64,000 nucleotides of DNA from an uncultured Gemmatimonadales bacterium (GTDB lineage Bacteria > Gemmatimonadota > Gemmatimonadetes > Gemmatimonadales > GWC2-71-9). The stretch spans positions 32,001 to 96,000 of the forward strand of contig CAVSQW010000012.1 in NCBI GenBank assembly GCA_963730185.1, read 5' to 3'. The position numbers were made by a program, and so were the translations under genes. Position 1 is the first letter of the stretch, and each line of letters opens with the position of its first letter. Shown here in pieces: positions 8,584-18,165 of this stretch. A model generated the notes under the pieces. That model worked only from the letters and a program-made list of their open reading frames with translations. It had not been told where the DNA came from and did no database searches.

Positions 8584-11136
8584 GTGCGGGTAGCTGGCCG
8601 ACAGCGGCGTCACGTCTCTCGGGTTGTCGTCACCGAAGAGGAGCCGTCCCTCCTTGAAGGTCGCGCCGCGGAGGGTAAGGGCCAGGACTTCGCCCAGCTC
8701 GCCCACCGGATAGACCTCGATCTTCTTCCGGACCTCTTCGGGCAGATCGGCCAGATCGGGCTCGTTCTCCCGGGGGAGGATGATCCGGGCAATGCCGGCC
8801 CGGACCGCGCCCAGGACCTTCTCCTTCACGCCGCCGATCGGGAGGATCCGACCCCGGAGCGTAATCTCGCCGGTCATCGCGATGTCGTGCCGGGCGGAGC
8901 GGCCGGACAGCGCCGAGACCAGCGCGGTGGCCATCGTCACGCCGGCCGAGGGGCCGTCCTTCGGAATGGCGCCGGCCGGGACGTGGATGTGCACGTCGCG
9001 GTCGAACATCTCGTCGGGAATCCGGAGCCCAGCGGAGTGTGACCGGGCGTAGGTCCAGGCCGCCCGGGCCGATTCCTTCATGACGTCGCCGAGCTGGCCG
9101 GTGAGGACGAGCTCGCCCTTGCCCCGCATGGTCGACGCCTCGACGAACATGATGTCGCCGCCGGCCGGGGTGTAGTACATCCCGGTGGCCACGCCGACCG
9201 CGTCTTCGCCGGCCATCTTCTCGGGATGGACCTTAGGCCGGCCCAGCAGCTCGTCGACCATCGGCTTCGTCACCACGACGTCGCCCTTCACCTCGCCGGC
9301 GGCGATCCGCCGAGCGACCTTCCGGGCCAGCTTCCCGATCTCGCGCTCCAGCTGCCGGACGCCCGATTCCCGGGTGTACCCCGTGATCACCTCGCCCAGG
9401 GCGTCGGCGGCGATGTTCACGCCCTTCCCCGCGACGCCGTTCTCCTCGAGCTGCCGGGGAATCAGATACTTCTGGGCGATGATCTTCTTTTCGCCCTCCG
9501 TGTAACCCGAGAACTCCACGTTCTCCATCCGGTCCAGGAGCGGCCCGGGAATGTTCTGGATGAAGTTCGCGGTGCAGATGAACAGCACCTCGCTCAGGTC
9601 GAACGGAACCCCGAGATAATGATCGGTGAAGGAGTCGTTCTGGGCCGGGTCGAGGACCTCGAGCAGCGCGGCGGCGGGGTCGCCCTGGAAGGACACCCCG
9701 AGCTTGTCGATCTCGTCGAGCAGGAAGACTGGGTTCTTGGTCCCGACCTGCTTCAACCCCTGGAGAATCCGGCCGGGCATCGCTCCGACGTAGGTTCGCC
9801 GATGGCCCCGGATATCGGCCTCGTCACGGGCACCGCCCAGGGAGATCCGGACGTACTTCCGCCCCATCGAGCGGGCGATCGACTTGGCCACCGACGTCTT
9901 GCCGACGCCCGGCGGGCCGACGAACAGGAGGATCGGACCGCGGGCCTTGTCGTCGGCGTTGCCCGGCGTCTCGATGATCGGGCGGAGCCGGCCGGGCTCG
10001 AATTCACCAGTCTGGGTCAGGTCGGCCTCGGGGGTGGAACCCGACTCGGCCGCCGCCTTGGCTTCCCGGAGGCGGGTCTCGATCTCGAGCCGCTCCTGCT
10101 CCGCTTCAGCCATCTTGAGCTGGCGGACCGCGAGGAACTCGAGCACCCGGTCCTTCACGTCACCGAGGGCGTAGTGGTCGGCCTCGAGGATCTCCGCGGC
10201 GGCCTGCAGATCGAGATGTTCCGGGCTCCGCTCGTTCCAGGGCAGCTCGGAGATGGTCTCCAGGTAGGTCCGGATGACCTGGGTCTCCATCGACTCGCGC
10301 CCGATCCGCTCCAGGCGGCCCAGCTCGCGGTCGACTTCCTTCCGGGCATCATCCGGCAGGTCGAGCGAGGCCAGCTTCTGCTTGAGCTCCTCGAGCTCGT
10401 CGGCCTCGTCTTCCTCACCCAACTCCCGCCGAATCTGCTTGAGCTGTTCGCGGAGAAACATCTCGCGCTGGCGCTCGCCCAGCTCCTCCTGCACCTGCGA
10501 CTTGATCTGCTCCTGGGCGTCGAGCACGGAGATCTGCCGCTGGACGTGGACCAGCACCCGCCGGAGCCGCTCCTCGACCGAGAGGGTCTCGAGCAGGGCC
10601 TGGCGCTGCGGGGGAGTCACGTCGATGTAGCCGGCGACCAGATCGGCGAACTTGCCGGGGTCGTCGGTGCTGCTCAGGACTTGCTGCACGACCTCCTCCG
10701 GCAGCCCGGACTTGTGGCCCAGCTCGGCCGCCCGCTGGCGCACCTCGCGGTAGAGGGCGGCGAAGGCCGCGTCCTCGGCGTTCAAGGGCTGCATCTCCTC
10801 GGCCTCACGAACGATGGCCTCGAGATAACCGTCCTTCTCGCCCACGTGGATGGCGATCCCCCGGCGGTCGCCGTGGAGAAGCATTTGCATTCCAGACAAC
10901 CCGCGCTGGAGTTGTCCGATTTTTGCGATCGTCCCGATGGTGTAGAGGCCTTCGGACGTCACCTGTTCCGTGTTGTCCCGCTGACAGATCGCGAAGATCA
11001 GCCGCTCCGGGGAGTTGAGGGCCGCCTCGATCGCGCGGACGGTTCCTGGCCGGCCGGCCCCGATCGGAGCCGTCACGCCGGGGAACAGGACCACCTCGCG
11101 GAGCGGGAGCACGGGAAGAGTCAGGCGTTCACTCAT
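8581..11136 (-). CDS. lon: ATP-dependent protease La
   Basis: LPVLPLREVVLFP N-domain, Walker A GPPGVGKTS, GHRRTYVGAMPG, LLDEIDK, catalytic PKDGPSAG and GGVKEK. Confidence 0.97.
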   Translation of the reverse strand: MSERLTLPVLPLREVVLFPGVTAPIGAGRPGTVRAIEAALNSPERLIFAICQRDNTEQVTSEGLYTIGTIAKIGQLQRGLSGMQMLLHGDRRGIAIHVGEKDGYLEAIVREAEEMQPLNAEDAAFAALYREVRQRAAELGHKSGLPEEVVQQVLSSTDDPGKFADLVAGYIDVTPPQRQALLETLSVEERLRRVLVHVQRQISVLDAQEQIKSQVQEELGERQREMFLREQLKQIRRELGEEDEADELEELKQKLASLDLPDDARKEVDRELGRLERIGRESMETQVIRTYLETISELPWNERSPEHLDLQAAAEILEADHYALGDVKDRVLEFLAVRQLKMAEAEQERLEIETRLREAKAAAESGSTPEADLTQTGEFEPGRLRPIIETPGNADDKARGPILLFVGPPGVGKTSVAKSIARSMGRKYVRISLGGARDEADIRGHRRTYVGAMPGRILQGLKQVGTKNPVFLLDEIDKLGVSFQGDPAAALLEVLDPAQNDSFTDHYLGVPFDLSEVLFICTANFIQNIPGPLLDRMENVEFSGYTEGEKKIIAQKYLIPRQLEENGVAGKGVNIAADALGEVITGYTRESGVRQLEREIGKLARKVARRIAAGEVKGDVVVTKPMVDELLGRPKVHPEKMAGEDAVGVATGMYYTPAGGDIMFVEASTMRGKGELVLTGQLGDVMKESARAAWTYARSHSAGLRIPDEMFDRDVHIHVPAGAIPKDGPSAGVTMATALVSALSGRSARHDIAMTGEITLRGRILPIGGVKEKVLGAVRAGIARIILPRENEPDLADLPEEVRKKIEVYPVGELGEVLALTLRGATFKEGRLLFGDDNPRDVTPLSASYPH

Positions 11137-11228
11137 TTGGTTCATCATCCAGAGTCGCTTCACTACTCATTCTACGACGGGGACCACGGGGAGCGTCCCG
11201 ATCGTACGATTGCCGGGCCCCACCAGGG

Positions 11229-11243
11229 GCATCGCATGTGCCA
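11229..11243 (-). promoter_or_regulatory. Putative sigma54 -24/-12 promoter for lon
   Basis: Minus strand TGGCAC-ATGCG-ATGC with exact GG-N10-GC spacing, about 90 bp upstream of the lon ATG. Confidence 0.6.
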
Positions 11244-11506
11244 CACCGAGGGATTGGCCGATATCGCATTCAGGCGAAACAACTTAGCGCCAATGGCCGT
11301 ATTCGACCCTGGCTCCTGAATATGTGTCGGGCTGCCCCTTTGCGGGTGGGCGAACCTCCGGTCCATGCCAGAATGGCTGGAAATGGTGGTCCGAATCGCG
11401 CAGTCGGCCTCCCGGGCAGGGCGAAGTAGTTGCCCCGCAGGGAATCCTGACGCATTTTGGTAAGCTATTGTGGGGAAACCCTTTCGGAAACGATTACGCC
11501 TCCGGA

Positions 11507-13435
11507 ATGACCGAGCCCATCGAAGGCAACGACCGTCCCCTGGCCCAGCGTCTCAACGAGGCGTTGGGGGAGGCGTATACGATCGAAGGCGAGATCGGCC
11601 GCGGGGGCATGGGCGTGGTCTACCGGGCCCGCGACGAGCGCCTGCACCGGCGGGTCGCGATCAAGGTCTTGCCGCCCGAACTCGCCTTCCAAAAAGACAT
11701 CCGGGAGCGGTTCACCCGCGAGGCCCAGACGGCGGCGCGGCTCTCCCATCCTCACATCGTGCCGATCCACGACGTGGGCGAGGGGACCGGTCTGGTCTAC
11801 TTCGTGATGGGCTACGTCGAGGGCGAGTCGCTGGCGGCGCGAATCAAGCGGCGAGGGAAGCTGCCACCCGAAGAAGCCCGCCGGATCATGAAGGAGACGG
11901 CGGACGCACTCTCCGCCGCCCATAGCCTCTCGATCATCCATCGCGACATCAAGCCCGACAACATCCTCCTGGAAGGGACGCGGGGCCGGGTGATGGTCAC
12001 GGACTTCGGCATCGCCAAGGCGCTCTCCGGCTCGACCGGGGCGACGTTGACCGGCGTCGGGGTGGCGATCGGCACGCCGCAGTTCATGAGTCCGGAGCAA
12101 GCCGCAGGGGAGCGGGAGATCGACGGCCGGTCCGACATCTACAGCCTCGGTGTCGTGACCTACCAGATGCTGACGGGGGAGCTCCCGTTCAACGCGCCGA
12201 CGGTCGCCGGGATCCTGATGAAGCAGATCACCGAACCGGCCCCGATCCTCCACTTGTCGCGGCCCGAGGTTCCGGAGGATCTCTCGCTCGCGGTGGCTCG
12301 CTGTCTGGAGAAGGATCCCGAGAATCGGTGGCCCACCGCCGACGCGCTGCGCCGGGCTCTCGAGAGCCGGACCGTAACCGGCTACCGGCCGACGTCGGCC
12401 GGCGCCCCGGCGGCGCGGCCGTCGCGGGCCACCGGGAGTCTCCGCTCCCGGCACTCGACGGCCCGGGAGCGGATCAGCCAACGGCGCTCAGCGCTGGCGC
12501 CGCGCTCCCCCAACCTGCCCCGGCCCGGAGGCCGCCGTCCGGCCTCGCTGGCGGGCGGCCAGTGGGTCCGGAACGAGCGGGGCGAATGGGTTCGCAAGTC
12601 CGACGACACCCCGACGCTCCCCGATACGGGCGAGCCCAAGATCGTTCAGAGAGTCCGGGCGCAGTTCGCCCGGTGGGCCGCGGTGACCGGTGGCTGCTTC
12701 CTGCTCAATGTCGCGACCGGCCTCAACGGGCCGTGGTTCCTGTTCGTGGCCGGCGGCATGGGCATTCCCCTGCTCCGGAGCTACGCCCAACTCTGGCAGG
12801 CCGGCTACAGCTGGCGCGACGTGCTGAACCGGCCACCCGCGCCCGGATCGGTGGAGGCCGCCAGCGGCAAGGGCGGCAAAGCTCGACGACTCCACTCAGC
12901 CCCGACGGTGGGTGAGTACGGGCTTTACTATGCCAAGGTCAAGCAGGCCCATGGCGACCGGACGGCGATCCTGGCCATGCTGGAGAAGCTGCCGGCAGCC
13001 GATCGTGAGCTCCTGCCGGACGTCCAGGAGACCACCGAGTCCCTCTACTCCCGGACCCTGGACCTCGCCAAGACGCTGAACGACCTCGACCAGAGCTTCG
13101 GAAGCGAAGACGCACCGGACCGTCTCCGGCGCCGACTCGACGAGCTGAGCGAGACCCCGCCGAGCGGCGAGCGCGACCGCCAGATCCGGCTGCTGGAGCA
13201 GCAGGCCAAGACGGCCGGCGACCTGATGAGCCGGCGCCAGGCGATCAGCGACCGCCTCGAGTCCAGCACGCTGGCGATGCAGAACGTGCGCTACGACCTG
13301 ATCCGCCTCCGCTCCGCCGGCGTCGGCAACGTGCTCGGCGATCTGACCCAGGCGACCCAGGCCGCCCGGGCCCTCTCGCGCGACGTGGACCACGTCATCG
13401 AGGCGGCGGCCGAGATCAAAGAGGCGATGGGGTGA
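11507..13435 (+). CDS. Hanks-type Ser/Thr protein kinase with TM hairpin and C-terminal coiled coil
   Basis: GRGGMGVVY, VAIK, HRDIKPDN, DFGIAK, GTPQFMSPEQ and DIYSLG; two hydrophobic helices; helical C-terminus. Confidence 0.95.
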   Translation: MTEPIEGNDRPLAQRLNEALGEAYTIEGEIGRGGMGVVYRARDERLHRRVAIKVLPPELAFQKDIRERFTREAQTAARLSHPHIVPIHDVGEGTGLVYFVMGYVEGESLAARIKRRGKLPPEEARRIMKETADALSAAHSLSIIHRDIKPDNILLEGTRGRVMVTDFGIAKALSGSTGATLTGVGVAIGTPQFMSPEQAAGEREIDGRSDIYSLGVVTYQMLTGELPFNAPTVAGILMKQITEPAPILHLSRPEVPEDLSLAVARCLEKDPENRWPTADALRRALESRTVTGYRPTSAGAPAARPSRATGSLRSRHSTARERISQRRSALAPRSPNLPRPGGRRPASLAGGQWVRNERGEWVRKSDDTPTLPDTGEPKIVQRVRAQFARWAAVTGGCFLLNVATGLNGPWFLFVAGGMGIPLLRSYAQLWQAGYSWRDVLNRPPAPGSVEAASGKGGKARRLHSAPTVGEYGLYYAKVKQAHGDRTAILAMLEKLPAADRELLPDVQETTESLYSRTLDLAKTLNDLDQSFGSEDAPDRLRRRLDELSETPPSGERDRQIRLLEQQAKTAGDLMSRRQAISDRLESSTLAMQNVRYDLIRLRSAGVGNVLGDLTQATQAARALSRDVDHVIEAAAEIKEAMG

Positions 13436-14289
13436 CCGAAGGGTTCCAGACCCGCGAATACTGGGAACGACGCCTTCGGGATCACTTCAGTCTCGAAGGC
13501 GTCGGCTATTTGCGGCTGGGTCGCCGTTACAACGAGTGGATGTACCGGGTCCGGGGCGAGGTGTTCGACCGGGTGGCTGATGGACTGGGCGAGCAAACGG
13601 GGAGCCCGGCGGACGGAACGAGGGGCCAAGGCGGCGCGCTTCGGGTGCTGGACGTCGGATCGGGGACTGGATTCTACGTCGACCGGTGGCTTCAGCGCGG
13701 CGCCGAGGTGACCGGGGTGGACCTCACCGACGTGGCGGTGGACGGGCTCCGGCGCAGGTTCTCGGGGGTCCGCTTTCTCCAGGCCGACATCGGCGACCCG
13801 CTGGGTCCGCCGCTGGCCTCCGAGGCCGGCACCTTCGACGTGGTATCGGCCTTCGACGTGCTGTTCCACATCGTGGACGATGCCCAATACGCCCGGGCCC
13901 TCGGCAACATCGCTTCCCTGCTCCGTCCCGGCGGGACCTTCCTCTGGTCGGACAACTTCATTCACCAGCCCACGATCCGGGTGGCCCACCAGGTAAGCCG
14001 CTCCCTACCCGAGGTCGAAGCGGCTCTGGCCGGGGCCGGTCTCGAGGTGGTGACGAGGCGACCGATGTTCGTGCTGATGAACTACCCGGCCGACACCGAG
14101 TCGAAGCTGGCGCGGCTGGCCTGGACCGCCATGGTGTCGCCCGCCATGGTGAGCGATCGCCTCGGCGGCCTGCTCGGCGCGCTGCTCTACCGGGTCGAGC
14201 GCCGCCTGGTGGCCGGCCGGGGGGAGAGTCCCAGCACGGAGGTGATGATCTGCCGACGGAGGCACGGCCTAGGGACTAGGGAGTTGTGA
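13432..14289 (+). CDS. Class I SAM-dependent methyltransferase
   Basis: VLDVGSGTG, GVDL, FDVV..FDVLFH and LLRPGG; GTGA overlap with the kinase stop. Confidence 0.9.
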   Translation: MTEGFQTREYWERRLRDHFSLEGVGYLRLGRRYNEWMYRVRGEVFDRVADGLGEQTGSPADGTRGQGGALRVLDVGSGTGFYVDRWLQRGAEVTGVDLTDVAVDGLRRRFSGVRFLQADIGDPLGPPLASEAGTFDVVSAFDVLFHIVDDAQYARALGNIASLLRPGGTFLWSDNFIHQPTIRVAHQVSRSLPEVEAALAGAGLEVVTRRPMFVLMNYPADTESKLARLAWTAMVSPAMVSDRLGGLLGALLYRVERRLVAGRGESPSTEVMICRRRHGLGTREL

Positions 14290-14329
14290 CTGGGGAGTCG
14301 GGAGGGAATAGGGAGTGGTGAGTTGGGGG
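14270..14329 (+). repeat. Heptamer tandem array, copy B
   Basis: TAGGGAC TAGGGAG TTGTGAC TGGGGAG TCGGGAG ggaa TAGGGAG TGGTGAG TTGGGGG. Confidence 0.85.
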
Positions 14330-14375
14330 ACCCACCGCTCCGGCGCACGACGTCACCCCGCGTCATCGCTCCCGG

Positions 14376-17081
14376 TCACTCGTTCCGGATCGATCGCATC
14401 GGGTCGGTCGCCGCGGCCCGACGGGCGGGGAGCCAAGCCGCGGCGAGGGCCACGCCGAAGAGCAGCAGGGCCGCGGGCACCAGCACCCCGGGGTCGCGGG
14501 GATCGACCTGATAGAGGAGTGACCGGAGCAGCCGGGTCAGGATCAGTGCCCCGACCAAGCCGAGCCCCAGCCCGAGCCCCGCCGTGCGGCCGGCTTCGGC
14601 GAGCACCATCCGGCCCAGGCCGGCCGGGTCGGCGCCGAGGGCGAGGCGGATGCCCAACTCTCGAGTCCGGTTCTGGACCGCGTAGGCCATCACCCCGTAG
14701 ACCCCCACCGACGCCAGCAGCAGGCCGAGCCCAGCGAACACCAGAAGCACGAAGGTGGCGAACCTCGGCCGCGCCGAGGCGACCGCTTCCCGCTCGGCCA
14801 TGGTCCGGACGTCATAGATGGGGAGCCCGGGATTGACTCGCTGGACCGCCCGGTGCACCGCCTCCTCGACCCCGAGCGGATCACCCTCGGTGGCCACGAC
14901 GAAGGTGGCGAACCGGAAGCTCGCCTGCAGGGCGGGGGCGTAAACCTGGGGCGTCGGCGACTCCTCGCGGGCGCCGTAGTGGACGTCGCCTACGACGCCG
15001 ACCACGACGGCCGCCGAGTCGCCGCCCGCGAAGTAGGCGGTATAGACCGAGAGGAGCTTCCCGATCGGCGACTCGCCGGGCCAGATCGCCCGGGCCGCCG
15101 CCTCGCTCACGACAACGACCCGGCCCGATCCTGGCCGGTCGCGCTGATCGAACAGTCGACCGACCCGAAGGGGAATCCCCAGGGCGGTGAAGTAGCCCGG
15201 TGAGACGTAGTGGACGCCGATCGGCTGACGCTCCGTCGGCGCCGGCTTGGTCGGATCGGGCTTGACGACGCTCCCCATGCAGGCCGAGGTGAGCGGCAAG
15301 CAGGTCCCCACACCGACGTCACGAACTCCGGGAACGGCGCGGAGCTGATCGAGCACGAGGACCTTGAACCGGACCGGATCGCGGGCAGCCAGGTCCTCGT
15401 CGGTGGCCGAAATCCGAAAGGTCAGCACCCGCCGGCCGTCGAATCCGAGGTCGACGTCCTGGAGGCGCACGAGACTCCGCACCAGGAGGCCGGCCCCGAC
15501 CAGCAGCACGAGGGCCAGCGCGGTCTCGAGGGCCACCAGCCATCGCTGGGGCCCGAAACGGCGGCCCCCTCCGACCTCGGGCTCCCCGCCCCATCCCGCC
15601 CCCCGGCGGAAGGCCTGGGCCACGTTGGACCGGGCGGCCCGCAACGCGGGGGCCAGCCCGATCAGCAGACCCGCGACGACGGTGATCACCAACGTGTAGC
15701 CGAAGACTCGACCGTCGATCGACGCCGACCGCAGGTCGACCAAGGCGCCGACCCCCGCGGCACTCGGTGCCATCCGAAGCAGCACCGGGAGGCCCAGCCG
15801 GGCCAGCAGCAGCCCAAGCGTCCCTCCCAACAGGGAGAGGACCAGACTCTCGGTCGCCAACTGACGGATGATCTGAGGCGCCCCCGCGCCGATCGCCAGC
15901 CGGACGGCCATCTCCCGCTGCCGCCCGGTGGTCCGGGCGAGAAAGAGGTTCACCAGGTTCACGCAGGCGATGAGCAACACGAGCGCCACCGCTCCGAAGA
16001 GCACGACCAGCGCCCGCCGGACACCGGGCTCGATCCGCCCGTCGGCGAGCGGCGCTACCTCCGGATGCCAGGGGGCGGCCTGGTTCTGATAAGGGTGCAG
16101 CCGAGCGATCACGGTCCCGGCCTGATCGAGGTCGGCTCGGGCCGCCGGCAGCTCGACCCCCAACCGGGTCCGGGCGACCACTTGGACCCAGTAGTTGCCG
16201 TCCTCGTCGAGGATCTCGGGATAGGCGAACAGGGTCGCCGAGGTGAGCGGCACCCAGAGGTCGGCACTCAGCGAGAGCCCGGTGAAGCCGCGGGGCAGCA
16301 CCCCCACCACGGTGAGCGGGTGCCCGTGGATGGTAACGTCCCGCCCGACGATCCCCGAGTCGGCGCCGAATCGACGCCGCCAAAGGGCGTAGCTCAGGAT
16401 CACCACGCCGTCGCCGCCGGGGACAGAGTCGACCCGGGGCTCGAAGATCCGCCCCAGGACGGGCCGGACGCCGAGAATCCGGAGGTAGTCGGCCGACACC
16501 TGCTCCGCCACCAAGCGCTCGGCGTCGGGTCCGGTGCCCACGTTGACGTTGGCGACGTCGTAACCCGCGACGCCGTCGAACGCCGTCGTCGAGGCCGCCA
16601 AGGTCCGAAACTTGGGGAACGACCAAGGAAAGGCGCTTCGCTCGCCGCTCGAGGGCGGCGGTTGAAGCGTGATCGACACCAGGCGATCGGCTTCGGGAAA
16701 AGGCAGCGGCTTGAACAGGGCGGCATCGAGCAAGCTCGCGAGCGCCGCGTTGCCGCCGATGCCAAGCGCGAGGGTGAGCGCCGCGACGGCCGTGAATCCG
16801 GGCGTCCGCCGAAGGCTCCGCACCGCCAGGCGCACGTCCCGCCCGGCCTGGTCGAGCCAGCGCGTAATCCAGACTTCGCGAGCGGCTTCCCGAACCGCCG
16901 CCTGCCGCCCGAACCGAAGCCGGGCCTGACGGGCGGCCTCGGCCGGGGGGAGACCGGCCGCCTCCAGATCGCGAGCTCGTGACTCGACGTGAAAGGCCAC
17001 CTCGTCCTCGAGCCCGGCCTCGAAACGATCGCGCCCCACAGCGTGCCTGAGTCGGCGCCAGAGACCTCGGAGCAACTCCAT
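14376..17081 (-). CDS. ADOP-type duplicated MacB/FtsX ABC permease
   Basis: N-terminal 'EDEVAFH...RLRFG' prefix, DVRLAVRSL..PGF, LLIACVNLVNL, REMAVRLAIGA, RELGIRLALGA, PARRAA.TDPM. Confidence 0.93.
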   Translation of the reverse strand: MELLRGLWRRLRHAVGRDRFEAGLEDEVAFHVESRARDLEAAGLPPAEAARQARLRFGRQAAVREAAREVWITRWLDQAGRDVRLAVRSLRRTPGFTAVAALTLALGIGGNAALASLLDAALFKPLPFPEADRLVSITLQPPPSSGERSAFPWSFPKFRTLAASTTAFDGVAGYDVANVNVGTGPDAERLVAEQVSADYLRILGVRPVLGRIFEPRVDSVPGGDGVVILSYALWRRRFGADSGIVGRDVTIHGHPLTVVGVLPRGFTGLSLSADLWVPLTSATLFAYPEILDEDGNYWVQVVARTRLGVELPAARADLDQAGTVIARLHPYQNQAAPWHPEVAPLADGRIEPGVRRALVVLFGAVALVLLIACVNLVNLFLARTTGRQREMAVRLAIGAGAPQIIRQLATESLVLSLLGGTLGLLLARLGLPVLLRMAPSAAGVGALVDLRSASIDGRVFGYTLVITVVAGLLIGLAPALRAARSNVAQAFRRGAGWGGEPEVGGGRRFGPQRWLVALETALALVLLVGAGLLVRSLVRLQDVDLGFDGRRVLTFRISATDEDLAARDPVRFKVLVLDQLRAVPGVRDVGVGTCLPLTSACMGSVVKPDPTKPAPTERQPIGVHYVSPGYFTALGIPLRVGRLFDQRDRPGSGRVVVVSEAAARAIWPGESPIGKLLSVYTAYFAGGDSAAVVVGVVGDVHYGAREESPTPQVYAPALQASFRFATFVVATEGDPLGVEEAVHRAVQRVNPGLPIYDVRTMAEREAVASARPRFATFVLLVFAGLGLLLASVGVYGVMAYAVQNRTRELGIRLALGADPAGLGRMVLAEAGRTAGLGLGLGLVGALILTRLLRSLLYQVDPRDPGVLVPAALLLFGVALAAAWLPARRAAATDPMRSIRNE

Positions 17082-17100
17082 CGAACCCTCCAGTAAACGA

Positions 17101-17122
17101 CCCGCCGGCCCGGGCCGGCGGG
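17101..17122. other. Perfect 22-bp GC palindrome between padR and the permease
   Basis: CCCGCCGGCCCGGGCCGGCGGG is its own reverse complement. Confidence 0.6.
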
Positions 17123-17132
17123 CATCGACTCG

Positions 17133-17468
17133 TTAGCCGCCTTCGGCGCCGAGCACCCGTTGAATCCCGCCCAGGAGGCGATCGAAGCCAGCCAACTCTT
17201 CCTGGAGCTGCTTGCGCCCGCCGCGGGTCAGCGAGTAGTAGCGAGCCCGCCGCTTGGTCGGCGTGATCCGCCACTCGGCGCTGACCCAACCCTTGAGCGC
17301 GAGCCGTTGAAGGGCCGGATAGAGGGAACCCTCTTCGACGTGAAGGACGGCGTCGGACACTCGCTCGATATGCTGAGCGATCCCATAACCGTGCATGGAA
17401 CCCAGGCTCAGGGTCCTGAGGATGAGGAGCTCGAGGGTCCCGGGGAGAATGTCGCTACGCGGCGGCAT
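17133..17468 (-). CDS. PadR-family regulator (acidobacterial type)
   Basis: GTLELLILRTL..HGYGIAQ..VEEGSLYPALQRL..RRARYYSLT. Confidence 0.95.
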   Translation of the reverse strand: MPPRSDILPGTLELLILRTLSLGSMHGYGIAQHIERVSDAVLHVEEGSLYPALQRLALKGWVSAEWRITPTKRRARYYSLTRGGRKQLQEELAGFDRLLGGIQRVLGAEGG

Positions 17469-17481
17469 GGATAGCCCATCC

Positions 17482-17517
17482 AGGGATAGAGTGCCTATAC
17501 CTAGATAATCTATCCCT
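17482..17517. promoter_or_regulatory. Putative PadR operator region
   Basis: AT-enriched stretch; 9-bp inverted repeat AGGGATAGA...TCTATCCCT overlapping CCTAGATAATCTATC (CCTA-N7-TA..). Confidence 0.55.
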
Positions 17518-17529
17518 ACGATCGAGACG

Positions 17530-18123
17530 TCAAGTCCCCTCAGGCCGTCGGGGCTTCCACCACATCGTGAATCCCGAAACCCCCAGGAGAACCAGGGATG
17601 CCGAGCCGAGGAAGTAGAGCAGCTTGATCGGCCGGCCCATCCCTTCGACGGCGTGAAGTTGTCGGGCCAGGCGATGCAGGCGGCGTCGATCGGCGAGCGT
17701 TACGGGCTCCGCCGGGGCGGCGCCGTCGGCGGTGGGACGGGGAGGCGGGGGCACTCGGGTGCGCCACATGACGGTGGCCGAGACACACATGACCAAGAGG
17801 AGGAGCGAGGCCATCACCCCGGTCACGTGGTGGAGGTCGTTGAGAGCGACCCGCCAGCCACTCCGGACCCGAACGGTCAGACGCTTGCGTCGCCACCAGA
17901 GCACCAGGCCACCCAGCACGAGTGCGGTACCGACGATGGTCACCACTTCGGCGAAGAGCTCACCGCGGCGGCCAAGGGCGAACCCGGTATGCAGCCGCCC
18001 GACGATCTTGGGTCGCCGGTGGAATATCATCAGCGAACCGGTGGCGCCCAGGACGGCCAGGAACGCCATCGATGCCAAACCCACCCATCGGTGGGTCACC
18101 AGAACAAGGCGGCGAAAGGTCAT
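17530..18123 (-). CDS. PepSY-associated TM-helix family protein (compact form)
   Basis: HRWVGL..TGSL, RLHTG, GLVLWW, DLHHVTG, QLH and SGFTMWW motifs. Confidence 0.8.
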   Translation of the reverse strand: MTFRRLVLVTHRWVGLASMAFLAVLGATGSLMIFHRRPKIVGRLHTGFALGRRGELFAEVVTIVGTALVLGGLVLWWRRKRLTVRVRSGWRVALNDLHHVTGVMASLLLLVMCVSATVMWRTRVPPPPRPTADGAAPAEPVTLADRRRLHRLARQLHAVEGMGRPIKLLYFLGSASLVLLGVSGFTMWWKPRRPEGT

Positions 18124-18133
18124 CGCGGAAGGC

Positions 18134-18158
18134 GGGGCGGGAGACCGGCTCCCGCCCC
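18134..18158 (-). terminator. GC hairpin after the E1 gene (terminator or processing site)
   Basis: GGGGCGGGAG-accgg-CTCCCGCCCC, 10-bp stem, weak U-tract. Confidence 0.45.
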
Positions 18159-18165
18159 TCGGGCG

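Noticed and set aside
9226..11319. Long antisense ORFs (also 17653-20370, 23104-25182, 41353-43572, 48059-50137, 53783-57034)
   Set aside because: These are shadow frames opposite well-supported genes, expected in high-GC DNA, and carry no recognisable motifs.
11400..11500. Riboswitch or ncRNA in the kinase leader
   Set aside because: Only short hairpins are present. I could not match a known aptamer consensus by eye; an Infernal/Rfam scan would be needed.
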